Assembly (NCBI GenBank): GCA_044359535.1
Contig: JBIKLZ010000009.1
Location: forward strand, 1 to 31,540
Length of the DNA: 31,540 bases
Direction of reading: 5' to 3'
Origin: Chlamydiia bacterium
GTDB taxonomy: Bacteria; Chlamydiota; Chlamydiia; Chlamydiales; 2-12-FULL-49-11
Both the position numbers and the translations under genes were made by a program. The notes below the pieces were generated by a model. That model searched no databases and was not told where the DNA came from. It saw nothing but the letters and a program-made list of their open reading frames with translations. Below, in pieces: positions 9,601 through 17,447 of this stretch (the first letter of the stretch is position 1; each line of letters opens with the position of its first letter).

Positions 9601-9716
9601 TCTGTAAACTCTTCAAAAAAAGATTCTGGCATGTGCTTTAAAGTCCATTGGTAATGGAGTTCAAAGGCCTCTTTTTCATGGATTAATGCCCTTTCAATAG
9701 ATTTTTTCATAGCCAT
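6672..9716 (-). CDS. Large NAD-specific glutamate dehydrogenase (eukaryote GDH2-like, about 115 kDa)
   Basis: SRGGLR, TQQKKNKDIPEGGSK, GPDEN, GGPDGDVAGN, VEGANL, SANKGGV. Confidence 0.92.
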   Translation of the reverse strand: MAMKKSIERALIHEKEAFELHYQWTLKHMPESFFEEFTDDEMMTIVHNLMGFKVQGEFVQIHFNDFSMVVCIDGPKADLEILQHFQHFGILSYQTFISNAPLPYTPSKGNIRIALIYYTKLDDEDSKGHTPLSSLDIEDIYQHLKTRIVNFSRSDFDTLLTSIHSRFLKILTKDRLEQILEMYYRSKTRDHLQYDLKTLDNPLGPSMQIVLAWKNTHKYKFLYRLAKLFNRHHLVMKKINATYIDPYSSENILLMSLAIHGEKNTPAWEATDLDDFLKELVTLKYFTDDDLIEQTFVSTSLLTGNEGNLLKTMIDLTHQLILHADPNMYSSESITEALIYHADLTVLCIELFHKKFNPNIACLKEFEKGKELFLKRVNEIDTGNLSLDTKRKHILLSLFSITNYGLKTNFYKKTKSAIAFRIDPAILTALFYDYREKFPELPYGFFFIKGKSFIAFQLRFKDLSRGGLRTIFPKKPEQGAWERLNIFSECYNLAYTQQKKNKDIPEGGSKAVIFVEPFEDLKYETEIFQKELLNGGLTPFEIEKKIETFHQQQRSVYLYSSQRSFIYSLLSLINMNEEGSIKSKEVIDYHGRPEYIYLGPDENMHNVMIEWIADYSVHSGYVLGAAFISSKPTYGINHKQYGVTSLTVNVNMEHLLKYLNIDPKKDPFTIKISGGPDGDVAGNQIYNLYKYYKTTAKLLAITDISGTIYDPKGLDLEELVKLFKQEKPLKFYPAEKLHSGGFLLDIENRKEKTQYQTQTLCYKMVGSKLEEHWLLGNEAQHLYSHNLHQVEVDIFIPGGGRPRTLNANNYKTYLNKEGKPTSKAIVEGANLYLTSEARVLLEELGCLIIKDSSANKGGVMASSLEVLCSLLMKNEEFLKDKEGLMVDVLSFIRQKAENEASLLIKSHEELNLPLTEISDEISRKINGYTYEILTYLETIDLSDSLSDPLNKTLVSYLPPIFQSKYKDRILKKIPDTHKKAIIACAIGQNIVYSRGISWSPSIVDVLPLVIDNKI

Positions 9717-9789
9717 CCTTTAGTTCCTACTCTAGAACTTGTACAATAATTGTCTATAAAAAACTAAAGAATTTTACCCTTCTTTTGTA

Positions 9790-10086
9790 TTAAGAATCAG
9801 CATGAGATTTTGAGTCATACTTAACAAAATGTCCCATAACTGCAAACCCTCCAGATATAAGACCCCCAATAAATACAATAGTGGCTTGGCCTACGAATAA
9901 ACCTACCATTAACCCAAGGCCTCCGACAGAGCCCATAACACAAAGAGCAATACCTACAGCTAAAAGAATTACACTAATAACATACAAGAGCGTTTGGATT
10001 TTACCTTGTTCAGTCCACCGGCACGTAGCTGAGCTTGTAGTTTCAGGTGAAGTGTTTCCAGAGTTATCGATGGTTGAAGTTTGCAT
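9790..10086 (-). CDS. Small Inc-like protein with bilobed hydrophobic domain
   Basis: Ser/Thr/Asn-rich N-terminus then about 55 hydrophobic/Gly residues; GAGGA SD; own promoter. Confidence 0.7.
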   Translation of the reverse strand: MQTSTIDNSGNTSPETTSSATCRWTEQGKIQTLLYVISVILLAVGIALCVMGSVGGLGLMVGLFVGQATIVFIGGLISGGFAVMGHFVKYDSKSHADS

Positions 10087-10116
10087 AATAAATCCTCATT
10101 TTAAATTAATACTTTA

Positions 10117-10145
10117 ATTATATAATATTTTTTATTAAACGTCAA
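10117..10145 (-). promoter_or_regulatory. Sigma66 promoter of the small Inc-like gene
   Basis: TTGACG(10145-10140)-N17-TATAAT(10122-10117). Confidence 0.75.
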
Positions 10146-10216
10146 TTATATATACATTGTTAAATATAAAGAGGTTAAAGAGTCTCGTAGAAATTGGATT
10201 GAGGAAAAAAATCCTC

Positions 10217-12193
10217 TTAAAGGGGGTCTTTTTTTAACAGTCTGAGGGAATTTAGACCCACAATAACAGTACTGCCTTCATGAAGGATGACGGCAACAAA
10301 TAAGGGAATCACTCCTGAAAGAGATAAGAGGGCATTTAAAAAAATAGCTAGAAGGGCAAGGGTAATATTTTGCTTTACAATTCTATGGGTTTTTTTAGAC
10401 TGTTTTAAAAGCCATTCAATTGAAGAGATGGAATCAGTTAATAAGACAACATCGGCAGCTTCAACAGCTGTTTTACTCCCAATCTGACCCATTGCAATCC
10501 CAACATAGGCAAACGATAAGGCCGGTGCGTCATTAATCCCATCCCCAACCATAATAATGTTTTCATTTTTGCTGTACTCTTTAATAAGTGTAAGCTTTTG
10601 TTCTGGAGTCACATCAGTATGGATTTTTTTTAAACCGACAAGCTTGGCTACAGTTTCACCATTGCTTTTGTGATCTCCTGTAAGCATTTCTACATCAATC
10701 ACTTTTAAAAGATTTTCAACGGTAGTTTTGATATTAGGGCGTAGTTCATCTGTAAAATGAAAAATCCCTACATCCTCTTTAACAAGAACAAGGGAGACAA
10801 CTTTTCCATTCCTATCCACTTTTTCTTCGATCCCTTGTCTTTTTTCAACAGGGATTTTTTGAAGAATAAATTCAACCGATCCAACATAGACCCGTTCTTT
10901 CTTGTTATTTAATGTGATAACCCCTTCAACCCCATAACCGGGAATGGCTTTTAAATCTTCAACAGGGAAAAGCTCTAAGGAATGTTCTTTTGCGTGTCTT
11001 AAGATCGCTTCAGCAATAGGGTGGTGGACTCCATTTTCAAGGCTTGCTGCAATCCTTTCAAGGACTTGTTTGGAAAAGGAGGTGGTAACCACTTCTATTA
11101 AGCTACAGCGCAATTGTCCTGTGGTTAAGGTTCCGGTTTTATCAATAAAAAGACGGGTGCAGGAAGTTAAGGCATCTAAAATTACCCCTCCTTTTAAAAG
11201 AATCCCTTTTTTAGCGCATGCTGAAATAGCCCCTAAATAGGCTGTTGGCGCTCCAATAATAAGAGCGCATGGGGAAGCAGCAATCAAAAAGGCTAAAGAG
11301 CGATAGATCGAACCATGATTGGTAAAAAAGGGGATACTAAATATAAAAGGGAGGAGTAAAGCTATCGCAAAAGAGGTGAGGATAATGGTTTTTGCGTAAA
11401 TAGAACCAAAGCGATCCAAAAATTTCTCAAGTTTGGGTTTAGCTTCATGGGCCTTTGTGATTAATGTAATCATTTTTGCAAGGGTGGACTCACCGGAAGT
11501 TTTTAATACCTCGATAGTTAAGGTTCCATCAGTATTTAAGCTTCCAGCTTGAACCTGATCCCCTTCCTTTTTTAAGAGGGGGAGACTCTCTCCTGTAAGG
11601 TGGGATAAATTGACAAAGGAAGCTCCAGAAATCACCTTTCCATCTAGTGGGATAATTTCCCCTGATCGGATAAGAATATGGGTTCCAGGGGCAATTTCTC
11701 GAACAGACTTTTGAAATGTTTCGCCACTACTTTCAATAACAATGGCAAGGGTTGGAGAAATTTTTTGTAATGCCGATAGTGCCCCTTTTGTTTTTTGTGT
11801 CACCATATTTTCTAAAGAGTGGGAGAGGGCAAAAAGGACAAGGAGTAACGCCCCTTCTAGTTGACTTCCAATGGCTACTGATAAAAAGGCAGCAAGGGTC
11901 ATCAAAACATCTATGTTGATCGTAAATGTTTTTAGATCGTTTAAAGTATCAAGAAGGGCGGGGGTTCCCACAAAAAAATAGACGATGATCAAAAAGAAAT
12001 TTGAAAGAGTATCAGATTGATAGGATACTGCGTAAGAAAGGGCTAAAAGAAGGAGCGATACAAGGGATGAAAAAATGGAAGAATATTTTCCCCAAAAGCG
12101 GGAGCTTTTGGAAATAAAGGGGTTGTTCATTTCTTCAAACCCAGAGGAGAGGTACTCTTCAAGGAGCAGTGGAGAAATCATTTTGCGCCTCAT
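10217..12193 (-). CDS. Heavy-metal P1B-type ATPase, P1B-4 subclass (usually annotated zntA/cadA)
   Basis: TGES, SPC (TM metal motif), DKTGTLT, HP, TGD, GDGINDAPAL, HEGST in the last TM. Confidence 0.95.
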   Translation of the reverse strand: MRRKMISPLLLEEYLSSGFEEMNNPFISKSSRFWGKYSSIFSSLVSLLLLALSYAVSYQSDTLSNFFLIIVYFFVGTPALLDTLNDLKTFTINIDVLMTLAAFLSVAIGSQLEGALLLVLFALSHSLENMVTQKTKGALSALQKISPTLAIVIESSGETFQKSVREIAPGTHILIRSGEIIPLDGKVISGASFVNLSHLTGESLPLLKKEGDQVQAGSLNTDGTLTIEVLKTSGESTLAKMITLITKAHEAKPKLEKFLDRFGSIYAKTIILTSFAIALLLPFIFSIPFFTNHGSIYRSLAFLIAASPCALIIGAPTAYLGAISACAKKGILLKGGVILDALTSCTRLFIDKTGTLTTGQLRCSLIEVVTTSFSKQVLERIAASLENGVHHPIAEAILRHAKEHSLELFPVEDLKAIPGYGVEGVITLNNKKERVYVGSVEFILQKIPVEKRQGIEEKVDRNGKVVSLVLVKEDVGIFHFTDELRPNIKTTVENLLKVIDVEMLTGDHKSNGETVAKLVGLKKIHTDVTPEQKLTLIKEYSKNENIIMVGDGINDAPALSFAYVGIAMGQIGSKTAVEAADVVLLTDSISSIEWLLKQSKKTHRIVKQNITLALLAIFLNALLSLSGVIPLFVAVILHEGSTVIVGLNSLRLLKKDPL

Positions 12194-12202
12194 ACTCTCT
12201 CC

Positions 12203-12964
12203 TTATAACCATTCTAGGATGAGAAATTGTGTCAAAAAGTAGGTAGCAAAGGTCGATAAAAAGGTGATGCTTATCCCTTTAATTGTATATTCAAGGGGTT
12301 GTAGCCCTTCAATTTTTGCCATTAAAAAGCTTGCGCACGCAGAAATGCAAAAGGTTGTGACAAACAATCCATAATTTTCTGAAATGGCAAGACCCACCGG
12401 TAATAAAGTGGCTGTGATTATTACCCCAAAGGCAGCTCCTAAAGCTTGCTTTAAGGGGTGGACGTAAGAATCCATAGGAATACCAAGCTCTTCTTCAAGC
12501 ATTAAGGCTAAAAGTTTATTATCGTCGGCCATCAGCACATCAATCACCTTACCCAACAAAGGCTCAGTTAATCCTTTAGCTGCATACATATTTGTAAGCT
12601 CTTCCCGTTCCTCTTCTCTATTATTTTCAATTTCATATTTTTCATCAAAAACGGCTTTTTTTATCCTCTCTAATCGTGCCCAGCCAAGGTGGGCTGATCT
12701 TCCCACTTTCCATAATAAAATGCCCACAAGGTAGAGCGATAAAAGAAGGAGCGTTTGTCTATGGTTAATCCCTAAAGTGGTGCAAATCATTTGAATTAAT
12801 AGGGTTGAAACTGCTGTTTCTTTTGCACTGTCTGCTGCGGCAGAAAAGTGTCCTGGAGCTTCCACAGCGTGTAAATCACTTGAGACTTTTTTACCTTTTT
12901 CCCGAGCTTTTTTTAAATGGTCTAAGACAGAAAGAGTTTCAAAATGGGATTTTTTTGCAGTCAT
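12203..12964 (-). CDS. VIT1/CCC1-family Fe/Mn transporter-like protein
   Basis: Acidic cytosolic segment EKYEIENNREEEREELTNMYAAKGL...LEEELGI flanked by TM helices. Confidence 0.8.
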   Translation of the reverse strand: MTAKKSHFETLSVLDHLKKAREKGKKVSSDLHAVEAPGHFSAAADSAKETAVSTLLIQMICTTLGINHRQTLLLLSLYLVGILLWKVGRSAHLGWARLERIKKAVFDEKYEIENNREEEREELTNMYAAKGLTEPLLGKVIDVLMADDNKLLALMLEEELGIPMDSYVHPLKQALGAAFGVIITATLLPVGLAISENYGLFVTTFCISACASFLMAKIEGLQPLEYTIKGISITFLSTFATYFLTQFLILEWL

Positions 12965-12974
12965 ATTGACACCT

Positions 12975-14228
12975 TTAGAGATATTTTTTCAGTGCAAGAG
13001 GGATAGTAAACGATCCATCACTATTTTGAAAGTTTTCTAAGAGGGCTACCATTAAACGGGGGGTGGCAAGGCCTGATCCATTGATTGTGTGAACAAAAGT
13101 GTTTTCTTGTGTTGTCCTCTCTTTATATCGGATTTTAGATCTTCTTGATTGAAAATCTGTACAGTTTGAGACAGAAGAGACTTCATAATAGCGATTTTGA
13201 CCTGGTAAAAAGACCTCAATATCGATGGTTTTAGAAGCGGCAAAAGACATATCCCCTGTCACTAAAAGCATGTTTCTGTAGTGAAGGCCTAGGGCTTGTA
13301 AAACTTGTTCAGCTGAAGAAAGGATCTCTTGAAAGACCTCTTCACTTTCCTCTTGTTTGGTAAAGGCAAAAAGCTCAATTTTATTAAATTGATGAATTCT
13401 GATAAGCCCTCGCTCGTTTTTTCCATGGGCGCCAGCCTCTCTTCTAAAGCATGGGGTGTAGGCAACAAGTTTTTTTGGAAGTTCGTCAATATCCATAATT
13501 TCATCACTATACAAACCATTTAAAGCCACTTCAGCTGTAGGGATAAGATAGTGGTCAAAATCTTTATCTTTAATTCTAAAAAGTTGAGAGGCGAATTTTG
13601 GGAGTTGTCCTGAACCGTACATCACCTCGGGTGTAACCATGTGAGGCAAAAGGCGCATTTCAAATCCATTTTTTTTGTGTATATCAATCATTAGATTAAG
13701 CAAAGCCCATTCAATTTCAGCTCCAAGACCTGTGTATACAGGAAAGCCAGACCCAGAAATTTTTGCCCCGCGAACAAGATCAAAAAGGTTGTTTTTTTCC
13801 CCAATTTCTAAATGATTTTTTATAGGAAAGGTAAATGAGGGCTTTTCACCCACTATTTTAATGCACTCATTTTCTTCCGGATTAAGAGATACTTTTACCT
13901 TTGGATCAGGAAGGTTTGGAAGAGAAGAAAGTTTTGCTTCGTAAAGATCTTTAAAAAAGGAGGCCTTTTCCTCAACCTCCTTTAGTTCTACTTTTAGATC
14001 GCTCACTTGATCTATAAGAAAGGAGCAATCCTCTTTTTGCTGTTTTTTTACCCCTACTTCTTTAGATAGGGTGTTTAATTTCTCCTTTAATTTTTCAAAG
14101 GTAGATAAATGTTCTGTGTAGGCATGGTACTCATTTATTAATTCTTTAAGAGATATACTAGGATCTTTTGTCCGAAGCTGAGTTTCAATAAGAATAGGAT
14201 CTTTTAAAATTTTTTTGATGGGCAACAT
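12975..14228 (-). CDS. serS: Seryl-tRNA synthetase (probable start ATG 14228, MLPIKKI)
   Basis: LIPTAEV, CFRREAG, GLIRIHQFNKIE, EVSSVSNCTDFQSRR, NGSGLATPR. Confidence 0.98.
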   Translation of the reverse strand: MLPIKKILKDPILIETQLRTKDPSISLKELINEYHAYTEHLSTFEKLKEKLNTLSKEVGVKKQQKEDCSFLIDQVSDLKVELKEVEEKASFFKDLYEAKLSSLPNLPDPKVKVSLNPEENECIKIVGEKPSFTFPIKNHLEIGEKNNLFDLVRGAKISGSGFPVYTGLGAEIEWALLNLMIDIHKKNGFEMRLLPHMVTPEVMYGSGQLPKFASQLFRIKDKDFDHYLIPTAEVALNGLYSDEIMDIDELPKKLVAYTPCFRREAGAHGKNERGLIRIHQFNKIELFAFTKQEESEEVFQEILSSAEQVLQALGLHYRNMLLVTGDMSFAASKTIDIEVFLPGQNRYYEVSSVSNCTDFQSRRSKIRYKERTTQENTFVHTINGSGLATPRLMVALLENFQNSDGSFTIPLALKKYL

Positions 14229-14250
14229 AGGGCTTTCCTTTTTGTCCAAA

Positions 14251-14280
14251 AGTATATTTTAGCCAATATTTTATTTTCAA
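14251..14280 (-). promoter_or_regulatory. Sigma66 promoter of serS-VIT1-ATPase
   Basis: TTGAAA-N18-TATACT. Confidence 0.5.
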
Positions 14281-14301
14281 GGATATAAACAAAAAAGTCT
14301 A

Positions 14302-14330
14302 TTGAAATAACTCCAATGTTTTGCTAGACT
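14302..14330 (+). promoter_or_regulatory. Sigma66 promoter of the UPF0158 gene
   Basis: TTGAAA-N17-TAGACT with TGc extension; implies start at ATG 14360 rather than TTG 14321. Confidence 0.55.
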
Positions 14331-14359
14331 TAAACTTTATTCCCAACACCAAGGATGAT

Positions 14360-15439
14360 ATGAGCGAGCCGATACAAAAATGCAGGCAACCTTTGATTTT
14401 AAGGTACCATCGCCTTTTAGAGGTATTTTCAAAATCTGATGATATCAGGGACTTTTATTTAGACAAAATTGAGGGGTTTTTAATCTATTTTGATTTGGAT
14501 AAAGGGGAAGAGGAGTTGCACCTTGCTGAGGGAGAATTAAAAAGCAACCCTGATCGCTATTGCGCTATCCCAAAACTCACCTATTATGAAACACGAAAAT
14601 TTATGGAAGGTTTTGTTACAGAAAAAGTCTATGATATTGATACAAAAGAAAAGCTTTTAGAAATTATTAGCTCTCGTGGGGCAAGAGAAAATTTTTTAGA
14701 GTTTGTGTATGATCATTTGACAGAATTGGATAAGTGGCAACAATATTATCAAGAACGGTCAAGGGTGAGAATTATTGAGTTTTTAAGGGATAATGAAGTT
14801 GTTTTTGTTTTTGAAGAGGACTTAGAGTTTCCCACTCCTTTAATAGAAAAGTTAAAAGAGCTAAAATTTACCCCTCGGGTACCAAAAGATGTGGCAAGTG
14901 CTAGAGAGTCGATGGAATCAAGGGCAAAAATGTATTATTCAAGTGATGCTTTAAACCCAAGGCCAAAAAGGGGAAGACCCCCAAAATTGCAAGCCAAAGA
15001 GGAGCTTGAACCCGATTTAGCCGATGATTTTTATACAACCATTCCCTCTGCATTAAGACCTTTTGTTTTTTCTCCAGATTTTAGCAACGCTGCAGCTATG
15101 TTCTCATCAAGATTTGATTCTGAGGAAAAGCTCCTTGCAAGTATGAAGGGGACAACAAAACAGCCTGTAGACTCAAAGCTTCACGCTTTATCTCAACGGT
15201 TGGAGTCATTAAGACAAATTTCAGATCGATTAAAAACTATAGATGGAGATGCAGCTGCTTTATCTAAAAAGGAAATTTCTATTGAAGAAGAAAAAGAGTC
15301 CAAAGATCTATCGGCCTTGCTTCAGGGGGTGATCCCTAAGCATAAGGTGAAAAAGACCTTAAAGGAAAGGGCTATGGAATCTAAAGAGAAAATGAAAAAG
15401 GTCACTCGAATTAAAACGCGTTTTAAAGAAGAGGATTAA
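14360..15439 (+). CDS. UPF0158-family protein (Chlamydia CT429-like)
   Basis: FSKSDD.RDFYLD..EGFL.Y, IPKLTYYE.RKFME.F, ARENFLEF, ALNPRPKRGRPPK recalled from the chlamydial family; AAGGA SD before ATG 14360. Confidence 0.8.
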   Translation: MSEPIQKCRQPLILRYHRLLEVFSKSDDIRDFYLDKIEGFLIYFDLDKGEEELHLAEGELKSNPDRYCAIPKLTYYETRKFMEGFVTEKVYDIDTKEKLLEIISSRGARENFLEFVYDHLTELDKWQQYYQERSRVRIIEFLRDNEVVFVFEEDLEFPTPLIEKLKELKFTPRVPKDVASARESMESRAKMYYSSDALNPRPKRGRPPKLQAKEELEPDLADDFYTTIPSALRPFVFSPDFSNAAAMFSSRFDSEEKLLASMKGTTKQPVDSKLHALSQRLESLRQISDRLKTIDGDAAALSKKEISIEEEKESKDLSALLQGVIPKHKVKKTLKERAMESKEKMKKVTRIKTRFKEED

Positions 15440-15449
15440 GCAGGGCAAT

Positions 15450-16562
15450 TTAAGAACTTTTTGATTCAGCGCTCTGTTGCACAGTTTCCAAACCTAGTGT
15501 TTCTCTAATTTTTGTAACATCAGCTGGATGTGACTTTAAATGCTGAGGTAATGAATTGTGATCAAAATCAGCAAAGATGGCATCGGTTCTGTTTTGATTT
15601 TCATCAAAAAGAGCTCTAGTAAGGCTCATTTTATCGTTAATCACCATATCTAAAGACCCCCCATTAATGCAGAAATTTTTAGTTCCAAGGTTGTTCCAAT
15701 CGTCAGCTGTAAATCGATAGTTATAACCTAAAATCCACAGTACACATCTTGTGATCCCCTGAACAATCTTTAATGCAATTGGGTCTGTAATTTTGTTACA
15801 TAAAAAACTCTCCAAAGAAGAAAAGGTTACAGAAGCAAATAATGCAGGGTCTCCGATTGTGACATTTAAACATTGTTGTTTCACAAGGGTTGCAACCGAC
15901 CCTCCAAATGAATGGCCGTGAAGAATAATATTGTCAGCACTATAGCCTAACCTAAGAGCCGCTTTAAAAATTTCATAGCCATCTTTTCCATTTTGTCTAT
16001 AGGAACCTACGCAGCCAGAAGAGTTGTTTGTTCCCCTATAGGAGAAGGAAAGAAGATCGCAATCCCAAAACAGTCCAGTACCATTAGAAAATAGGGGGTT
16101 AGACTCTAAATCTGTTTCACCCTCGCCATTACCCTTAAAATAAATGACAAGTTTTCTCCGCTGATTTGAAGGCTCAGTGTTATTAGGATTTTTATCATAA
16201 TTTCCTCGAAGAACCGTCTTATCGGGCAAACAAAGTGTGGCATTGGTGAACCAATCAAACTCGTATGTATCGGGGCCGTAGCCTATATTGTTTTTGGCAC
16301 CTTCTGTGAAGGGGTGGCTTGTAGGAAGAATCAAGAATTTTAAACGAAGAAAAACCCCTGCTAAGAGAATCGAAATGATTCCTACAGTAAGAAGGGTGGC
16401 TCCTAGTGCTATAGGGGCAAAGATAAAAACGGTAACCATCAGGGCTATTGCTGCAGCTGTTCCAAAAACTGCCCCGTAAAATTGTCCATTTAATTTTGAA
16501 GAACCTTTCTCATAGTTATTAGTTGTGTCAACTTTTATTTCAGAGGCTATTAATTGACTCAT
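15450..16562 (-). CDS. Membrane-anchored alpha/beta hydrolase, putative effector
   Basis: GHSFGG nucleophile elbow, YFKGNGE, SYRG, candidate Asp (SLDMVI) and His (DHNS); N-terminal two-TM hairpin. Confidence 0.8.
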   Translation of the reverse strand: MSQLIASEIKVDTTNNYEKGSSKLNGQFYGAVFGTAAAIALMVTVFIFAPIALGATLLTVGIISILLAGVFLRLKFLILPTSHPFTEGAKNNIGYGPDTYEFDWFTNATLCLPDKTVLRGNYDKNPNNTEPSNQRRKLVIYFKGNGEGETDLESNPLFSNGTGLFWDCDLLSFSYRGTNNSSGCVGSYRQNGKDGYEIFKAALRLGYSADNIILHGHSFGGSVATLVKQQCLNVTIGDPALFASVTFSSLESFLCNKITDPIALKIVQGITRCVLWILGYNYRFTADDWNNLGTKNFCINGGSLDMVINDKMSLTRALFDENQNRTDAIFADFDHNSLPQHLKSHPADVTKIRETLGLETVQQSAESKSS

Positions 16563-16594
16563 TTAAAAAAACCTATTAAATTTAATATGATTTA

Positions 16595-16623
16595 ATTATA
16601 TAAAAATAAAAAATTTTAGTCAA
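16595..16623 (-). promoter_or_regulatory. Sigma66 promoter of the alpha/beta hydrolase gene
   Basis: TTGACT(16623-16618)-N17-TATAAT(16600-16595). Confidence 0.75.
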
Positions 16624-17404
16624 AGAAAATAGGGGTAGAAATTTTTTCTTGATAGGCTATGGACAGGGGGGTGCTTATTGCGTATCTTTCCATGTGATCC
16701 CCAATGGTCTTAAGGGCGATTGCCGGCGTATTACACTCTGAAGAAAGGTGGGCTAAGTATATGTGTCTTAAATCTTTATGTGCGATTTTTTCAATAAGTT
16801 CGGCGCATGCTTTATTTGAAAGGTGCCCTTGTCTTCCAAGGACCCGTTTTTTATAAATCAGGGGCCTTGCGCATGCGTGGACCATGGCCTCTTCATGATT
16901 TGCTTCAATAAGGAGGTAGTTGCACCCCTGTAGGTGGTGAGCAACAAGGTTTGAAGCAAAACCAAGGTCTGTACAAATGCCCACTTTAATCCCATCAAAG
17001 TTAAGTGTAAAAGCCACAGGATCAAGGGTATCGTGTTGGATGCTAAAAGGGAGAATTTCGATATCTTGAAAGTAAAAGGGCTCTCCAGTTGAAAAAATTT
17101 TGAAATTTGGACGGGTGTCAATTAATGAGCAGATCGCTTTTGCCGTCTCACCATTACAAAGAACAGGGATAGAGGTGTGTTTAGCAATTTGCTCTAACCC
17201 TTTAATATGATCAGAATGTTCATGGGATATGACAATCCCATCAATATCCTCAAGGCAAAGATCCATTTCTGATAGCTTTTCATGAAGCTTGGATAGCGAT
17301 ATTCCGACATCAAAAAGCAATTTTGTTTTTTTTGATCCTACGTACGTTACATTGCCGTCAGATCCAGATGATAATGGGCACATCCCCCTCATTAAAGACT
17401 CCAT
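16616..17404 (-). CDS. yycJ: MBL-fold metallo-hydrolase (YycJ/WalJ-like)
   Basis: SSGSDGN, SHEHSDH, HD..DP, TDLG, EANH, GHLSN, AHLS. Confidence 0.9.
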   Translation of the reverse strand: MESLMRGMCPLSSGSDGNVTYVGSKKTKLLFDVGISLSKLHEKLSEMDLCLEDIDGIVISHEHSDHIKGLEQIAKHTSIPVLCNGETAKAICSLIDTRPNFKIFSTGEPFYFQDIEILPFSIQHDTLDPVAFTLNFDGIKVGICTDLGFASNLVAHHLQGCNYLLIEANHEEAMVHACARPLIYKKRVLGRQGHLSNKACAELIEKIAHKDLRHIYLAHLSSECNTPAIALKTIGDHMERYAISTPLSIAYQEKISTPIFFD

Positions 17405-17447
17405 AATGGTATAGTATCTAAATAGAGTGTATGCTATATTTCAGTTT

